Shown in pieces: positions 1 to 12,206 of a stretch of 64,000 nt of DNA. Location: positions 1 to 64,000 of the forward strand of contig NIVC01003994.1 in the NCBI GenBank assembly GCA_002269645.1, read 5' to 3'. The notes beneath the pieces are model-generated. The model ran no database searches, was not told where the DNA came from, and worked only from the letters and a program-made list of their open reading frames with translations. A program made the translations under genes and the position numbers. Each line of letters starts with the position of its first letter. The stretch's first letter is position 1. The DNA comes from Macrostomum lignano (taxonomy: Eukaryota).

Positions 1-575
1 AAGTCACAAACAATTATTTCCTGAACACCGCTATCATTTCCATTCTTATCTACTAAATATATGAGTCATCGAAAGGTCTAATATTGGTATAGTTTGTTTA
101 AATTCAGAGCTGTTGTACTCGCACGAGTGTGTTCAGGGATTCGTGTTCTAAAGTTATAGCGTCTCTGTGTTGGCAACCTAAAATTCCCTGTTTAATTCGT
201 AAGCAAAGAGATTTGGCTAAACCGTTTTGTATATAGCATTATCGCATTCAATAAGGAGTCCTGAATTCTTTTTAATGAATAACGTCGTGTTTAAAAAATA
301 TTTTTGCTTTATTAAAATTTAATGTGGTACAAATAATAGTGAAGTAGTTTATAAAACTCGGTACCCTAACGAACTTTTTATTTATATAAATCCATTGAAA
401 AATTAAACCACAAGGTAACAGTTGAATTCGCAAAATTCAAACTAAGAATTAGTGACAGAATCGTGCAAAATCATCTTTTACGGATCAGTCATCCGCCGGT
501 TTTGATTTTGATTTCTTTTGGTAGAAAGTTGATTCCTATGTAACTGATGCGACTGATGCCTTTTTTACGCTTTAG

Positions 576-934
576 ACAGAGCAAAACCCGCTGCGTGCCA
601 GCCGATGGATACCTGTCTAAGCGCATCTGACAACGACCAATGGAGCTATGCTGAAGTACCTAGAGCCCAGTCATTATTCTTTACGTTTTCTCATCCAATA
701 AATGTGAGAAAAATCGTGATTTACACCAGAGCCGACTGCTGCAAAGAACGCGCAAGAAACTTGCAAATTGGATTGGCATCTCCAAAGCATGGCAACAAAT
801 ATTGCAACACCGATAACACTGCGTTTAGTTACCGACGCGTTATTTCTTGCCACCACGACTACGTTACGCTGATCGTAGTGAAACAGCGCATTGCGAGTCA
901 TCTGTCGTTGTCCATCCATTTTATGACTGAATGA
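576..934 (+). CDS. Fucolectin/F5-8 type C (FTP-like) domain exon, probably the 3' exon of a gene starting left of the window; C-terminus may be degenerate
   Basis: Acceptor ttttttacgctttAG (574-575). Translation contains VRKIVIYTRADCCKERARNLQIG, matching the FTP-domain V.IYNR.DCC.ERL motif. The usual terminal LSLCEVEV strand is only loosely matched (HLSLSIHFMTE*). Confidence 0.55.
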
Positions 935-1679
935 GTTGCCATCGGAGCATCCTCGGAGGCTGGACAGTTTTAACAAATTTCCTTTGATTTTTTTTTCTTC
1001 CAAGTTCAAACGGTTGGGAATTTTGGCGATGGTTTGCTGTTTTTCGTAACTGACGTATAAATATTCCCGTGGATGGGTCTTAAAACTTCTAGCTTTTTTG
1101 TTAGTTTGGGTTAATGGTAATTTTGGTTATTTTTTTCCTACGATATATTATTCCATTTTAAAACCTATTAAATGCTTGAGATTGCAGTTTTTTTTCAATT
1201 TTTATTTAAATCCCTATTTTACGCTGATAGCTATCAGATAACATAAGATACTCAATTCCTAAGATAATATCTGCAGCTATAAATTTGAATTTAAAGTAAA
1301 AATATCAACACATAGAGCCAAAAGTCATATAGTCACGGACGACTTTATAGATTGAAGTCTTAATTGAGGGCTGAAATCAGTAGAGCTAGTTAACACCTAA
1401 AAAGTTAAGGACCAATGTGCTTAGCTTTTTCGCTTCAGTATGACATACATGTAGCATAAAATATAACGGAACTGGAGCTTATGAAGGCTTTACTAATTTC
1501 CTCTTATAAAACTGTATTCCGCGTTTTGCATTAGCACTTTTTAGCTCAACACGATCGCCTGATCAATTTAACAGTAATGGTACGAACGAGAGCCTGTGAA
1601 AGTGACTGACTTAAAATCTAGTATTTTTCGACGATATCAAATTTCAAGCTTGCGAAGGTATGAAGCTAGTCTAGCCAAT

Positions 1680-1815
1680 ATCACTGCTGAAAGAATATAA
1701 TGGATTGCTAATCTAACCAACATCAGTGCTATAATAATATAATGGATTGCTAATCAAACCAAATCACTGCTAAAATAATATAATGGATTGCTAATCTAAC
1801 CAACATCACTGCTGG
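1680..1815 (+). repeat. ~42-bp tandem repeat, ~3 copies
   Basis: atcactgct..aataatataatggattgctaatctaaccaac repeated three times. Confidence 0.8.
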
Positions 1816-2520
1816 AGTAATACTAAAGGGCACACATGCACCAATAAAAGGTGAGTCACTGTGTTGGGAGTGACGATCAGAGTAACTGTACCCATGATTA
1901 TAGTTCTGCAGTGCAAAGGCTACTCAAGGACTACTAAAGTAGACGTTACTATCTATGTTACTATCTATGTTACTTTAGTCGTCCTTGAAGCTACTCTGGC
2001 TGGCACAGACAAAACTTGGATAATAAAATGCTTCCTTTGATATGCCAACTGATATGCAGGATGGAGTTGTATAATTGTACTGCAAAGTAGAGAAAGCGGG
2101 CTGTCCAGACTCAGTTCGCACACTGTCATTCCATTTGTGTGCCCAAAAACGGCCTGGTACGAGCGGTTAGCGCTCATTTAATGAAATGAAATTGGGACGG
2201 AAATTATTCTAATACAATCCTTGTCATTTTTTTCAACTTCGTTACTGTGATGAGCTGGCTTTCACAGCCAAGACCCTCTCACCCCATATACTTAGTGAGT
2301 CAAAAATGCCTTCCGTACAAAATTTCTCTCAACCTACTACACTGCAGTTGACAATGAAAAGAGAGAGCATAGGCTATTGCATACTGTTTTGCTACTGTCT
2401 TGTACGCTTGTAGAAGAAAATGACATCATGAAGTGCATAAAAAGCATTTCTATGCTACCTGCTCTCAAAGAATTCAGTTAGCTGTTTTAGAAGAAAAATT
2501 ACTTGGACCAACCAACTGCC

Positions 2521-4946
2521 ATGGAGCCAGAATTGAGAGCTGCACTAGAGGCAAAAGACGATGAAAAACTGCAGCAACTCTGCCCGCTTATCGACTCCAA
2601 TATGGAGTTGACGGTCGGTGGCTACAAGTACTTCTTCAACGAAGAGCGAACTCAGCCCGTGACGCATCACATCGTCTGCAAGACGCGAAGTTCGCAGTGC
2701 CTGAAACTTCTGATTGACAAGTTCGGACCCGAGTTCGTGACCTGCAGAAACGACAGGGATGAGACCGTTGTGCATCTTATAGCTCAGCATCAGGACGACT
2801 CCTGGATGGAACTGATTCCAGAACCTATTGTCCAGCAAAGCCTTAAAGTGACAGCATGGAAGGGCAGAACAGTGACTCACTATGCTGCTATGAACGATGT
2901 AAGCGACTCAGTATTAAAACTACTTGTAGACAAGTGCGGAGTCGACTGTCTCAAAAGCTTGGACAATGACGGCAACACGGCCCTCCATCTTGCTGCGCAG
3001 TATCAGGGTAGCGATTCGATGAAGCTAGCTAAAACAGTACTGGGTACTGACTGCTTCCAAAGTAGAGGTTTCTCGAATCGGACTGTGATTCACTATGCAG
3101 CTTCCAACACCAGTAGTCACACTTCACTAAAATGGCTTGTCGTACTGTGCGGAACCGACTGTCTTAAAGCTTCTGATAAAGACGGATACACTGCCGTCCA
3201 TCTCGCTGCACAGTACCAGGGCATTAAGTCAATGGAGCTGATGAAGGACGCGCTTGGAACTGCCTGTTTCTATCCAAGCAAAAGCTCCCAAGAGAAAACG
3301 GTGTTTCATTGTGCAGCTTCAAACAGATCCAGCAATGCATCATTGAAGTGGCTTGTTCAAGAATTCGGATCTGACTGTCTAACCAAATTTTCCGACAAAT
3401 TCGGAAACATGCCCCTCCATTTTGTTGCAGAGTGGCAGGGTGCAGATTCGATGGAGCTGATGAAGAAGGAGCTTGGAAGCAGCTGTTTTCAACTCCAAGG
3501 CAAGTCACATAAAACATCGATACACTATGCCGCTGCTAACCGAGAGAGCAACGAATCGCTAAAATGGCTTCTCAATGAGTACGGACCCGAAAGTCTCAAA
3601 GTTCCGGACAAAGATGGAAACACGGCGGTCCATCTTGCTGCCCAAAATCAGGGCGTCGACTCAATGGAACTGATGAAGACAAAGCTCGGAGACGCCTGTT
3701 TCGAAATAAAAGGCAAACTACGCTGGACTCCTGTTCACTTTGCAGCTACCAACCTTAGTAGCAATGCGTCACTAAAGTGGCTCGTCAAAGAATTGGGATC
3801 AGACTGTCTTGAATTGCCTGACAAGGACGGAAACACTGCCATACATCTCGCAGCTCGGTACCAGGGCATCGATTCGATGAAACTGATGAAGGAAGCGCTC
3901 GGAAAGGACTGCTTTCTGTTGAAAGGCTGCTTGAACAGAACTGCAATTCACTGTGCAGCTACCAATGAAAGCAGCAACCAATCGCTAAAGTGGCTCGTAA
4001 GAGAATGCGGAGCTGAGAGTCTCACAGTTCCCGATCAAAATGGACACACGGCTGTCCATCTTGCCTCACAGTATCAAGGCACAGACTCCATGGAACTGAT
4101 AAAGCAAGAGCTCGGTACGGAGTACTTTTTTCTAGAAGAAAGTTTGTTTGCTAGAACGCCAGTTCATTGTGCTGCTTTTAACAGAGTCAGTAACGCATCC
4201 TTAAAATGGCTAGTCAAAGAGTTCGGATGTGGGTGTCTTAAAACTCCCGATAAAGACGGAGACACGCCTATCCATCTTGCCACACAGTGTCAAAGCATTG
4301 ATTCACTGGAACTGATGAAAATAGAGCTCGGAATCAACTGTTTTCAGCTGAAAGGCTACTCAAATAGAATGCCAATTCATATTGCCGCTTCAAGCAGCGA
4401 GAAATTAGCATTGTTTAATTGGCTGGTAAAAGAGTGTGGACCCGATTGTCTGAAGGTTCCTGAGAAAAACGGAAACACGGCTGTGCATCTTGCAGCTCAG
4501 TATCAGGGCATCGAGTCGATGAAACTGATAAAGAAAGAGCTAGGAACTGGTTGCTTCCATTTGAAGGGCAGATTGATGCGGACCCCCGTTCATTGCGCCG
4601 CTTGTAACAAATTTGGCTACTCAGTGCTCAAGTGGCTTGTCCTGAAGTGCGGTCCCGACTGTGTGGCTGCTGTCGACAAAGACGGAAACACGATCGTTCA
4701 TCTCGCTGCAGAGCACCAGTCAGCTGACTTGTTGCAGTTTCTAATTGATCAAATTGGACCTCAAGTACTCTCTCTGAAGAACAACAAAGGAGAAACACTA
4801 GTAGAATGTGTGGAGAAGGACTCGGATAATGATCGTAAAGCAAGAAAGCGAAACTGGATCGAACTTACAAAGGATTTTGAGTCTTTTTATCTCGAGGAGG
4901 GAGCTGTTTCTGTGAATGCAGAAGCTACGGATGATTTGTTAAACCA
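2521..4946 (+). CDS. Ankyrin-kinase gene, exon 1: first ankyrin solenoid (~20 repeats; 9 A/B pairs plus caps)
   Basis: First ATG at 2521 (the track starts at TTG 2503). Repeated D..G.T.(V/I)HLAA..QG..SM and T..H.AA.N..SN.SLKWLV motifs at ~70-aa period. The ORF ends exactly on a phase-2 donor CA|GTAAGT (4947). Confidence 0.9.
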
Positions 4947-5301
4947 GTAAGTTTCAGGCTCTTTACAATTTGAGTTGCGGTTTAAATTACCTGCTGCGTA
5001 TGTAGCTCGTACTGAAGTATTTTAATTTGATGTTTAAGAAAAGATTTAAAAATGTGTTGCTGGACTGTGAAGAGCTTGTACTCGTAATTATATAATTCCA
5101 ATGCTCCAACGAATATAGCCTACCCTATAAAATATAAAAACCATAATTTTTTAATGAACGCAATGAATGGTAAAAGTCGAGGGATAAAGCAATTTAATTT
5201 GATGCTTATCTGCTAATAGCTTATTTTTGTAGATCTGTAAAAAATGTGTGTACCAAAGTGTTGCAATATAAAGTATACAAACAAACTGATTCAATTTTCA
5301 G

Positions 5302-6541
5302 ACTGCGTACAGCTTTAGAAGCCCGTGACGATGCGCTTCTGCGGCGACTCTGCCTGCTTCTTAACTCTAACGTTGAACTAACGTTCAATGATTGTCTCAA
5401 CAAGCATCGAACTCAGTCTGTTACTCATCACGTGGTCTGTAAGTCGCGAAGTTTGCAGTGCCTGAAGCTTCTGATATCCAAATTCGGACCCGACTGTCTG
5501 TTAAACAGAAACAGTCGAGGTGAAACCGCGGTGCATTTGACTGCTATGCACCAGGAAAACCTGTGGATGAAACTAATTCTAGAAGCTCTTGGCCGTGACT
5601 GCTTCAAGGACACAGCATCTAACGGTCGAATGGTGACTCACTATGCTGCTACGAATGAGACAAGTAACTCATCGCTAAAGTGGCTTGTTGCCGAGTTTGG
5701 ACGCGACTGTCTCTTAGTACCCGATAAAGAAGGAAGCACAGTCGTTCATCTTGCCGCAGAGTATCAAGGTGTCGACTCCATGGAACTGATGAACAGAGAG
5801 CTCGAAACCGACTGCTTCAAAGGTTAAAAGGATCCCAGAATCGAACGGTAGTTCACTATGCCGCCGGAAACAATATTAGCGATGCACCGCTTCGTTGGCT
5901 GGTGAAAAATTTGGACCAAGCTGTATCAAATTTCCAGATAAACATGGTGTCACGCCTATCCATCTAGTTACATTAAACTCCAGAAGCACGAGTAGTATGA
6001 CGCTTAATTGGCTAGTTTCTGTCGGCGGCCCGGACTGTCTCACTATTCCTGACAATGAGGGAAACACACCTGTCCATCTCGCTGCAGAGTTTCACAACAT
6101 CGAATCCATGAAATTCATAAAGAAAATACTCGGACCAGAATGCTTTAGAAGAATTGGTTTTTGGCAAAGAACACCCATTCACTGCGCTGCCGCAAACAGT
6201 AACTGCAGTGCCCTGCTTGGATGGCTCATAAAAGAATGCGGACACGACTGTCTGATGTGTCAGGACAAAGACGGAAACACGCCTGTCCATCGCGCTGCAT
6301 GCTTTCAGCCAGTTAAATCATTGAAGTTGCTGGCTGACCAAATCGGGCCCAAAATTTTCTCGCTTAAGAACGCTTCTGGAAAAACAATAGCCGATTTTGT
6401 AAACCAGGACTTAGATGAAGACCGAAAACTACAAAAGCAGAGTTGGATCTCGAGCCAACTGACGCCAGAGAGACAACTAAACCTGAGGCATCCGGAAGTC
6501 AGAATGACGGCATCGGTAGAATCCTTGGGTGGCTCAAGTGG
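5302..6541 (+). CDS. Ankyrin-kinase gene, exon 2: second, paralogous ankyrin solenoid (~9-10 repeats) with three single-base homopolymer indels near 5820-5910
   Basis: Acceptor caattttcAG (5300-5301) restores LRTALEARDD, homologous to LRAALEAKDD of exon 1. Removing two extra A (ttcaaagg, ttaaaagg) and adding one A (gtgaaaaattt) gives CFKVKGSQNRTVVHYAA...WLVKKFGP and joins ORFs 5246-5827 and 5895-6545. Phase-2 donor GG|GTAAGC at 6542. Confidence 0.8.
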
Positions 6542-6835
6542 GTAAGCAACTGCAGCATATTTGTAGCATATTAGAAATCTATTACCGATCATCTTTGGGG
6601 AGCAGCTCGCGGTAAACGTGTCTGAGTCTTGGGGTTGTCCAACAATTCATTCCCATATAGTCCGACCCCTTTGAGGCACAGAGAGTGTACGTGCCTGACC
6701 ATTCGAGATGGTACATCCTGTGTGATGTTTGTTATGTTTTGTTATGACTTGCATGTACTGCATCCTGTGACTAGCCATCAAGTTCCCCACTGCATTTAAA
6801 ACTGTGTCCATTCATTTCACTCTGGAAACAAGCAG

Positions 6836-7827
6836 CAGAGCTGGCGGAAAACCATTTCGCGAGAAATGGGAAAATAAGCAGCTCCTCGGCAGGGGCGGTT
6901 TCGGCGACGTCCACAAAGTGCTCACCGACACGGGCGTCACGTGCGCTGCCAAAACTCTTAGACTGCCATTGCAGCTCGGAGATCAACTGGACTCTAAGGC
7001 TAGAAAGGTTGACTCAGTTGTTGAAAGCGAGAAAAACCTGTGCCAACTGCAGCATCCCAACATCGTCAGGTTCTTGTACATCACTCAGCCGGAGCCTGCA
7101 ACAGTTGTTGTCTTTATGGAGCTGCTGGACGGGCACACTTTAGAGAATTTCATCGACGAGAAGCCGATAGATGAAGAGAAAATTCGACACTTTAGCAAGC
7201 AAGTGAGTTCACTTGAATTTGTCTCGAGTGCACTTCTGAAATATAGTACAAATACTTACTTCAGTTGGAAAGCAGAAGTCCTGAAGTTCTCTCAGAATTT
7301 CACTGACCAACCGCTCTTAGATCTGCAGCGCGCTGCTCTACCTGCACAGCCAGCAGCCGCCCGTGATCCACAGAGACATCAACTGCACCAACATAATTGT
7401 CCTTGCCGACGGAACTGATCGACTTAAGCTGATCGACTTCGGCCTGTCAATCAAGCTGGAGCAGTCAGTCAGCCACATCTCAGCCTCCACTTCGCCAAAG
7501 GGCACTCTAAACTTCATGGCGCCAGAGCTGCTCGGAGATGGTGAGTCGGAAAGCGTGCAGTACAGCAGAGAGTCGGACATCTGGGCGTTCGGCTGCTCGG
7601 TCTACCAGATGGCCATTGGAGCGAGGCCCTTTGCCACCGCCAAGAACTTGCTTCAATTGGTTCGCCTGCTAGACCAAAACGGAGCCCCGCTACTGCAGAC
7701 GGGGCAGCAGAGCTGCTCACAAGAGCTGCTAGATTTCTATTCCCTGTGCACCGCTAAAGATCGCAAAGCCAGAATATCGGCAGAGGCACTGATGAAGCAC
7801 AAATTTTTGACTCGTTCCTGTGACTAA
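6836..7827 (+). CDS. Ankyrin-kinase gene, exons 3-4: Ser/Thr kinase domain, MAP3K/STE11-like (exons 6836-7202, 7321-7827)
   Basis: LGRGGFGDV glycine loop, CAAK lysine, alphaC Glu, QHPNIVRF, HRDINCTN, DFG, GTLNFMAPE, SDIWAFGC. Phase-0 intron GTGAGT(7203)..cttAG(7320) joins KQ|ICSALLYLH. Phase-2 acceptor cAG(6834-6835) is in frame with the ankyrin exons; the neighbouring NAG sites at 6832 and 6838 are also in phase. Confidence 0.88.
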
Positions 7828-8246
7828 ATCTAATTATAGCTAAGTTAAGAAGCTTATAAAACATGCATGTTTTGACTGGCTCGAGAGCACTACGGTTAGA
7901 GAAAGTGCTGAACGTTGGTGGCATAAGCAACAGCCATCACAACAAGAGTGCCACTCATTATATTATGATTAAGTGATTAAAATTACTAAAATTATTGTTG
8001 TTAGAGCAATGTTTTATTCAATTTAGGCTTACTAAAATAGGTATGTACATAAAATGCGCACTTGTGTTAGTGCACGCTTGCATGAAGCTTACCCTACCTT
8101 GTTTATGCCATTTTATCCATAAATTTCTTGCTATCAAACCCTTTTTAAATTGCATCTTTTAAAGTGAATTCTAGACCAAAAAAGTTTTTGTCCAGTTTTG
8201 TACAATTTTAAGTGTTCTCAAGTTTTTAGTCTAAGGAAACTTTCTA

Positions 8247-8956
8247 GCGCCCCTGGTGCTGGCGCCCCTGGTGCTGGCGCCCTTGGTGCTGGCGCCCCTG
8301 GTACTGGCGCCCCTGGTGCTGGCGCCCCTGGTGCTGGCACTCCTGGTGCTGGCGCCCCTGGTGCTGGCGCCCCTGGTGCTGGCGCCCCTGGTGTTGGCGC
8401 CCCTGGTGCTGGCACCCCTGGTGCTGGCGCCCCTGGTGCTGGCGCCCCTGGTGCTGGCGCCCCTGGTGCTGGCACCCCTGGTGCTGGCGCCCCTGGTGCT
8501 GGCGCCCCTGGTGTTGGCGCCCCTGGTGCTAAAGCCCCTGGTGCTAAAGCCCCTGGTGCTAAAGCCCCTGGTGCTAAAGCCCCTGGTGCTAAAGCCCCTG
8601 GTGCTAAAGCCCCTGGTGCTAAAGCCCCTGGTGCTAAAGCCCCTGGTGCTAAAGCCCCTGGTGCTAAAGCCCCTGGTGCTAAAGCCCCTGGTGCTAAAGC
8701 CCCTGGTGCTAAAGCCCCTGGTGCTAAAGCCCCTGGTGTTGGCGCCCCTGGTGCTAAAGCCCCTGGTGCTAAAGCCCCTGGTGCTAAAGCCCCTGGTGCT
8801 AAAGCCCCTGGTGCTAAAGCCCCTGGTGCTAAAGCCCCTGGTGCTGGCGCCCCTGGTGTTGGCGCCCCTGGTGCTAAAGCCCCTGGTGCTAAAGCCCCTG
8901 GTGCTGGCGCCCCTGGTGTTGGCGCCCCTGGTGCTAAAGCCCCTGGTGCTAAAGCC
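8247..8956 (+). repeat. 15-bp minisatellite GCCCCTGGTGCT(GGC/AAA), ~47 copies
   Basis: Direct inspection; explains the APGAG/APGAK ORFs. Confidence 0.95.
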
Positions 8957-9408
8957 GGGACCATGAGATTTCTCTACCGCACATTGCATAGCATGAATTA
9001 CATGCTGATGCATGCACGCTGGGAGTTGCGATACTTTTTTTCTATTACTTTATCTAAATAAACAATGTCAAAGATTTATCAACTATTCTTGTTTTTCAAA
9101 CGGAGGTACCATGTGTATGCTGAACCTCACGCTCTCAGTTTGACCTTTGAGTAAGTATAAAATACTAAAAACAACAGATTAAAAATGATATTCAACTTTG
9201 GACATTAGTCGCACGAATTAAAACAAATGAAATGATTTGTGCTGGTTACAATTATTGAATCACCAAAGAATGAAAGGCCTCTAGGGTTGTCTGTTCATAT
9301 TTCAAAGTTCAAAGAACTTTTGAAGTTAACTGTGCCCACAGGGCGCACGCACGCGCCTCGCATCGTATAGTTCGTCTCAAGGCTTCACGCAGTCTTGCTC
9401 AGGGGTTC

Positions 9409-11076
9409 TTCACCAGCTCGAAACGTCACCAGCTCGAAACGTCACCAGCTCGAAACTTCACCAACTCGAAACTTCACCAGCTCGAAACTTCACCAACTCG
9501 AAACTTCACCAGATCGAAACTTCACCAGATCGAAGGTTCACAAGCTCGAAGCTTCACAAGCTCGAAAGTTCACAAGCTCGAACCTTCACAAGCTCGAAGC
9601 TTCACAAGCTCGAAAGTTCACAAGCTCGAAGCTTCACAAGCTCGAAAGTTCACAAGCTCGAAGCTTCACAAGCTCAAAAGTTCACAAGCTCGAAGCTTCA
9701 CAAGCTCGAAAGTTCACAAGCTCGAAGCTTCACAAGCTCAAAAGTTCACAAGCTCGAAGCTTCACAAGCTCGAAAGTTCACAAGATCGAAGCTTCACAAG
9801 CTCGAAAGTTCACAAGCTCGAACCTTCACAAGCTCGAAAGTTCACAAGCTCGAAGCTTCACAAGCTCGAAAGTTCACAAGCTCGAACCTTCACAAGCTCG
9901 AACCTTCACAAGCTCTAAAGTTCACAAGCTCGAACCTTCACAAGCTCTAAAGTTCACAAGCTCGAAAGTTCACAAGCTCGAAGCTTCACAAGCTCGAAAG
10001 TTCACAAGCTCTAAAGTTCACAAGCTCGAAAGTTCACAAGCTCGAAGCTTCACAAGCTCGAAAGTTCACAAGCTCGAACCTTCACAAGCTCGAAGCTTCA
10101 CAAGCTCAAAAGTTCACAAGCTCGAACCTTCACAAGCTCGAAGCTTCACAAGCTCGAAAGTTCACAAGCTCGAAGCTTCACAAGCTCGAAGCTTCACAAG
10201 CTCTAAAGTTTACAAGCTCGAAAGTTCACAAGCTCGAAGCTTCACAAGCTCGAAGCTTCACAAGCTCTAAAGTTCACAAGCTCGAAAGTTCACAAGCTCG
10301 AAGCTTCACAAGCTCGAAAGTTCACAAGCTCGAACCTTCACAAGCTCGAAGCTTCACAAGCTCTAAAGTTCACAAGCTCGAACCTTCACAAGCTCGAAGC
10401 TTCACAAGCTCTAAAGTTCACAAGCTCGAACCTTCACAAGCTCGAAGCTTCACAAGCTCTAAAGTTCACAAGCTCGAACCTTCACAAGCTCGAATCTTCA
10501 CAAGATCGAAAGTTCACAAGCTCGAAGCTTCACAAGCTCGAACCTTCACAAGCTCGAAAGTTCACAAGCTCGAACCTTCACAAGCTCGAAGCTTCACAAG
10601 CTCGAAAGTTCACAAGCTCGAACCTTCACAAGCTCGAAGCTTCACAAGCTCGAAAGTTCACAAGCTCGAACCTTCACAAGCTCGAAGCTTCACAAGCTCG
10701 AAAGTTCACAAGCTCGAAGCTTCACAAGCTCGAACCTTCACAAGCTCGAACCTTCACAAGATCGAAAGTTCACAAGCTCGAAGCTTCACAAGCTCGAACC
10801 TTCACAAGCTCGAAAGTTCACAAGATCGAAAGTTCACAAGCTCGAAAGTTCACAAGCTCGAAAGTTCACAAGCTCGAAGCTTCACAAGCTCAAAAGTTCA
10901 CAAGCTCGAAAGTTCACCAGCTCGAAGCTTCACAAGCTCGAAAGTTCACAAGCTCGAACCTTCACAAGCTCGAAGCTTCACAAGCTCGAAAGTTCACAAG
11001 CTCGAAAGTTCACAAGCTCGAACCTTCACAAGATCGAAACTTCACAAGCTCGAAGCTTCACAAGCTCAAAACTTCA
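9409..11076 (+). repeat. 16-bp minisatellite TTCACAAGCTCGAANN, ~104 copies
   Basis: Direct inspection; the 16-aa period of ORF 9395 equals 3 units. Confidence 0.95.
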
Positions 11077-11607
11077 AAATCTCTGGAACTAGAAAGTTTG
11101 AATTTTTTTATTAGTTAGTTACTTTTTAAGTGTTCTTTCTGGGTGCGAGTTAGTACCGAAGGAATTATCGCTCCCAAAATTCAGATTTGCCTGGACTTTG
11201 GTCCGAGTTCAACATTTTCCAGTGGTCCAGCGAACGTGTGATCTAAAAATAGCTCAGTTTGTTCTTGGGAAACCCCATGCGGGAAAGACAAAGTAACCAG
11301 TACGGCCTAACGAGTTCCGGAGATCACGCCACCGCGGACCCGCCCGCAGATAAGTCAGTCTGCCTCAACCTTCCAAAAGCCCTTCTTTCTGAGAAATGTA
11401 CGGGCCGATTTTTGTGTGGACTGGGGGTGAGGCGGAGCGAAAACCCCACACGCTCAACCCCGCCACAAATCGGGGCGTGCCGTGAACTGCAAAGCCCAGT
11501 CCAAGGAGACGTTGAACAAAAATCTGGACCAAACTTACTCATTGTCGGACACTTGCCAGACGCTAAAAATGGGTTCGTGACAATCGACGCTAGTGACTTG
11601 ACTTTGT

Positions 11608-12206
11608 ACTGTCAGTGACATTTGACTGTCAGTGACATTTGACTGTCAGTGACATTTGACTGTCAGTGACATTTGACTATCAATGACATTTGACTGTCAG
11701 GGACATTTGACTATCAGTGACATTTGACTGTCAGTGACATTTGACTGTCAGGGACATTTGACTATCAGTGACATTTGACTGTCAGGGACATTTGACTGTC
11801 AGTGACATTTGACTGTCAGTGACATTTGACTATCAGTGACATTTGACTGTCAGTGACATTTGACTGTCAGGGACATTTGACTGTCAGTGACATTTGATTG
11901 TCAGGGACATTTGACTATCTGTGACATTTGACTGCCAGTGATCTTTGACTGTCAGTGACATTTGACTGTCAGTGACATTTGATTGTCAGGGACATTTGAC
12001 TATCTGTGACATTTGACTGCCAGTGATCTTTGACTGTCAGTGACATTTGATTGTCAGGGACATTTGACTATCTGTGACATTTTACTGCCAGTGATCTTTG
12101 ACTGTCAGTGACATTTGACTGTCAGTGACATTTGACTATCAGTGACATCCGACTGCCAGTGATATTTGAATTTGACTGTCAGTCTGTCAATGACATTTGA
12201 CATTTG
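11608..12206 (+). repeat. 17-bp minisatellite TGTCAGTGACATTTGAC, ~35 copies
   Basis: Direct inspection; the unit contains the palindrome TGTCA-G-TGACA. Confidence 0.95.

Noticed and set aside
8198-10270. Long ORFs 8198-9061, 8218-8964, 8231-9013, 8256-8966 and 9395-10270 (collagen- or elastin-looking)
   Set aside because: Open in several frames on both strands; products of stop-free minisatellites with no domain or splice context
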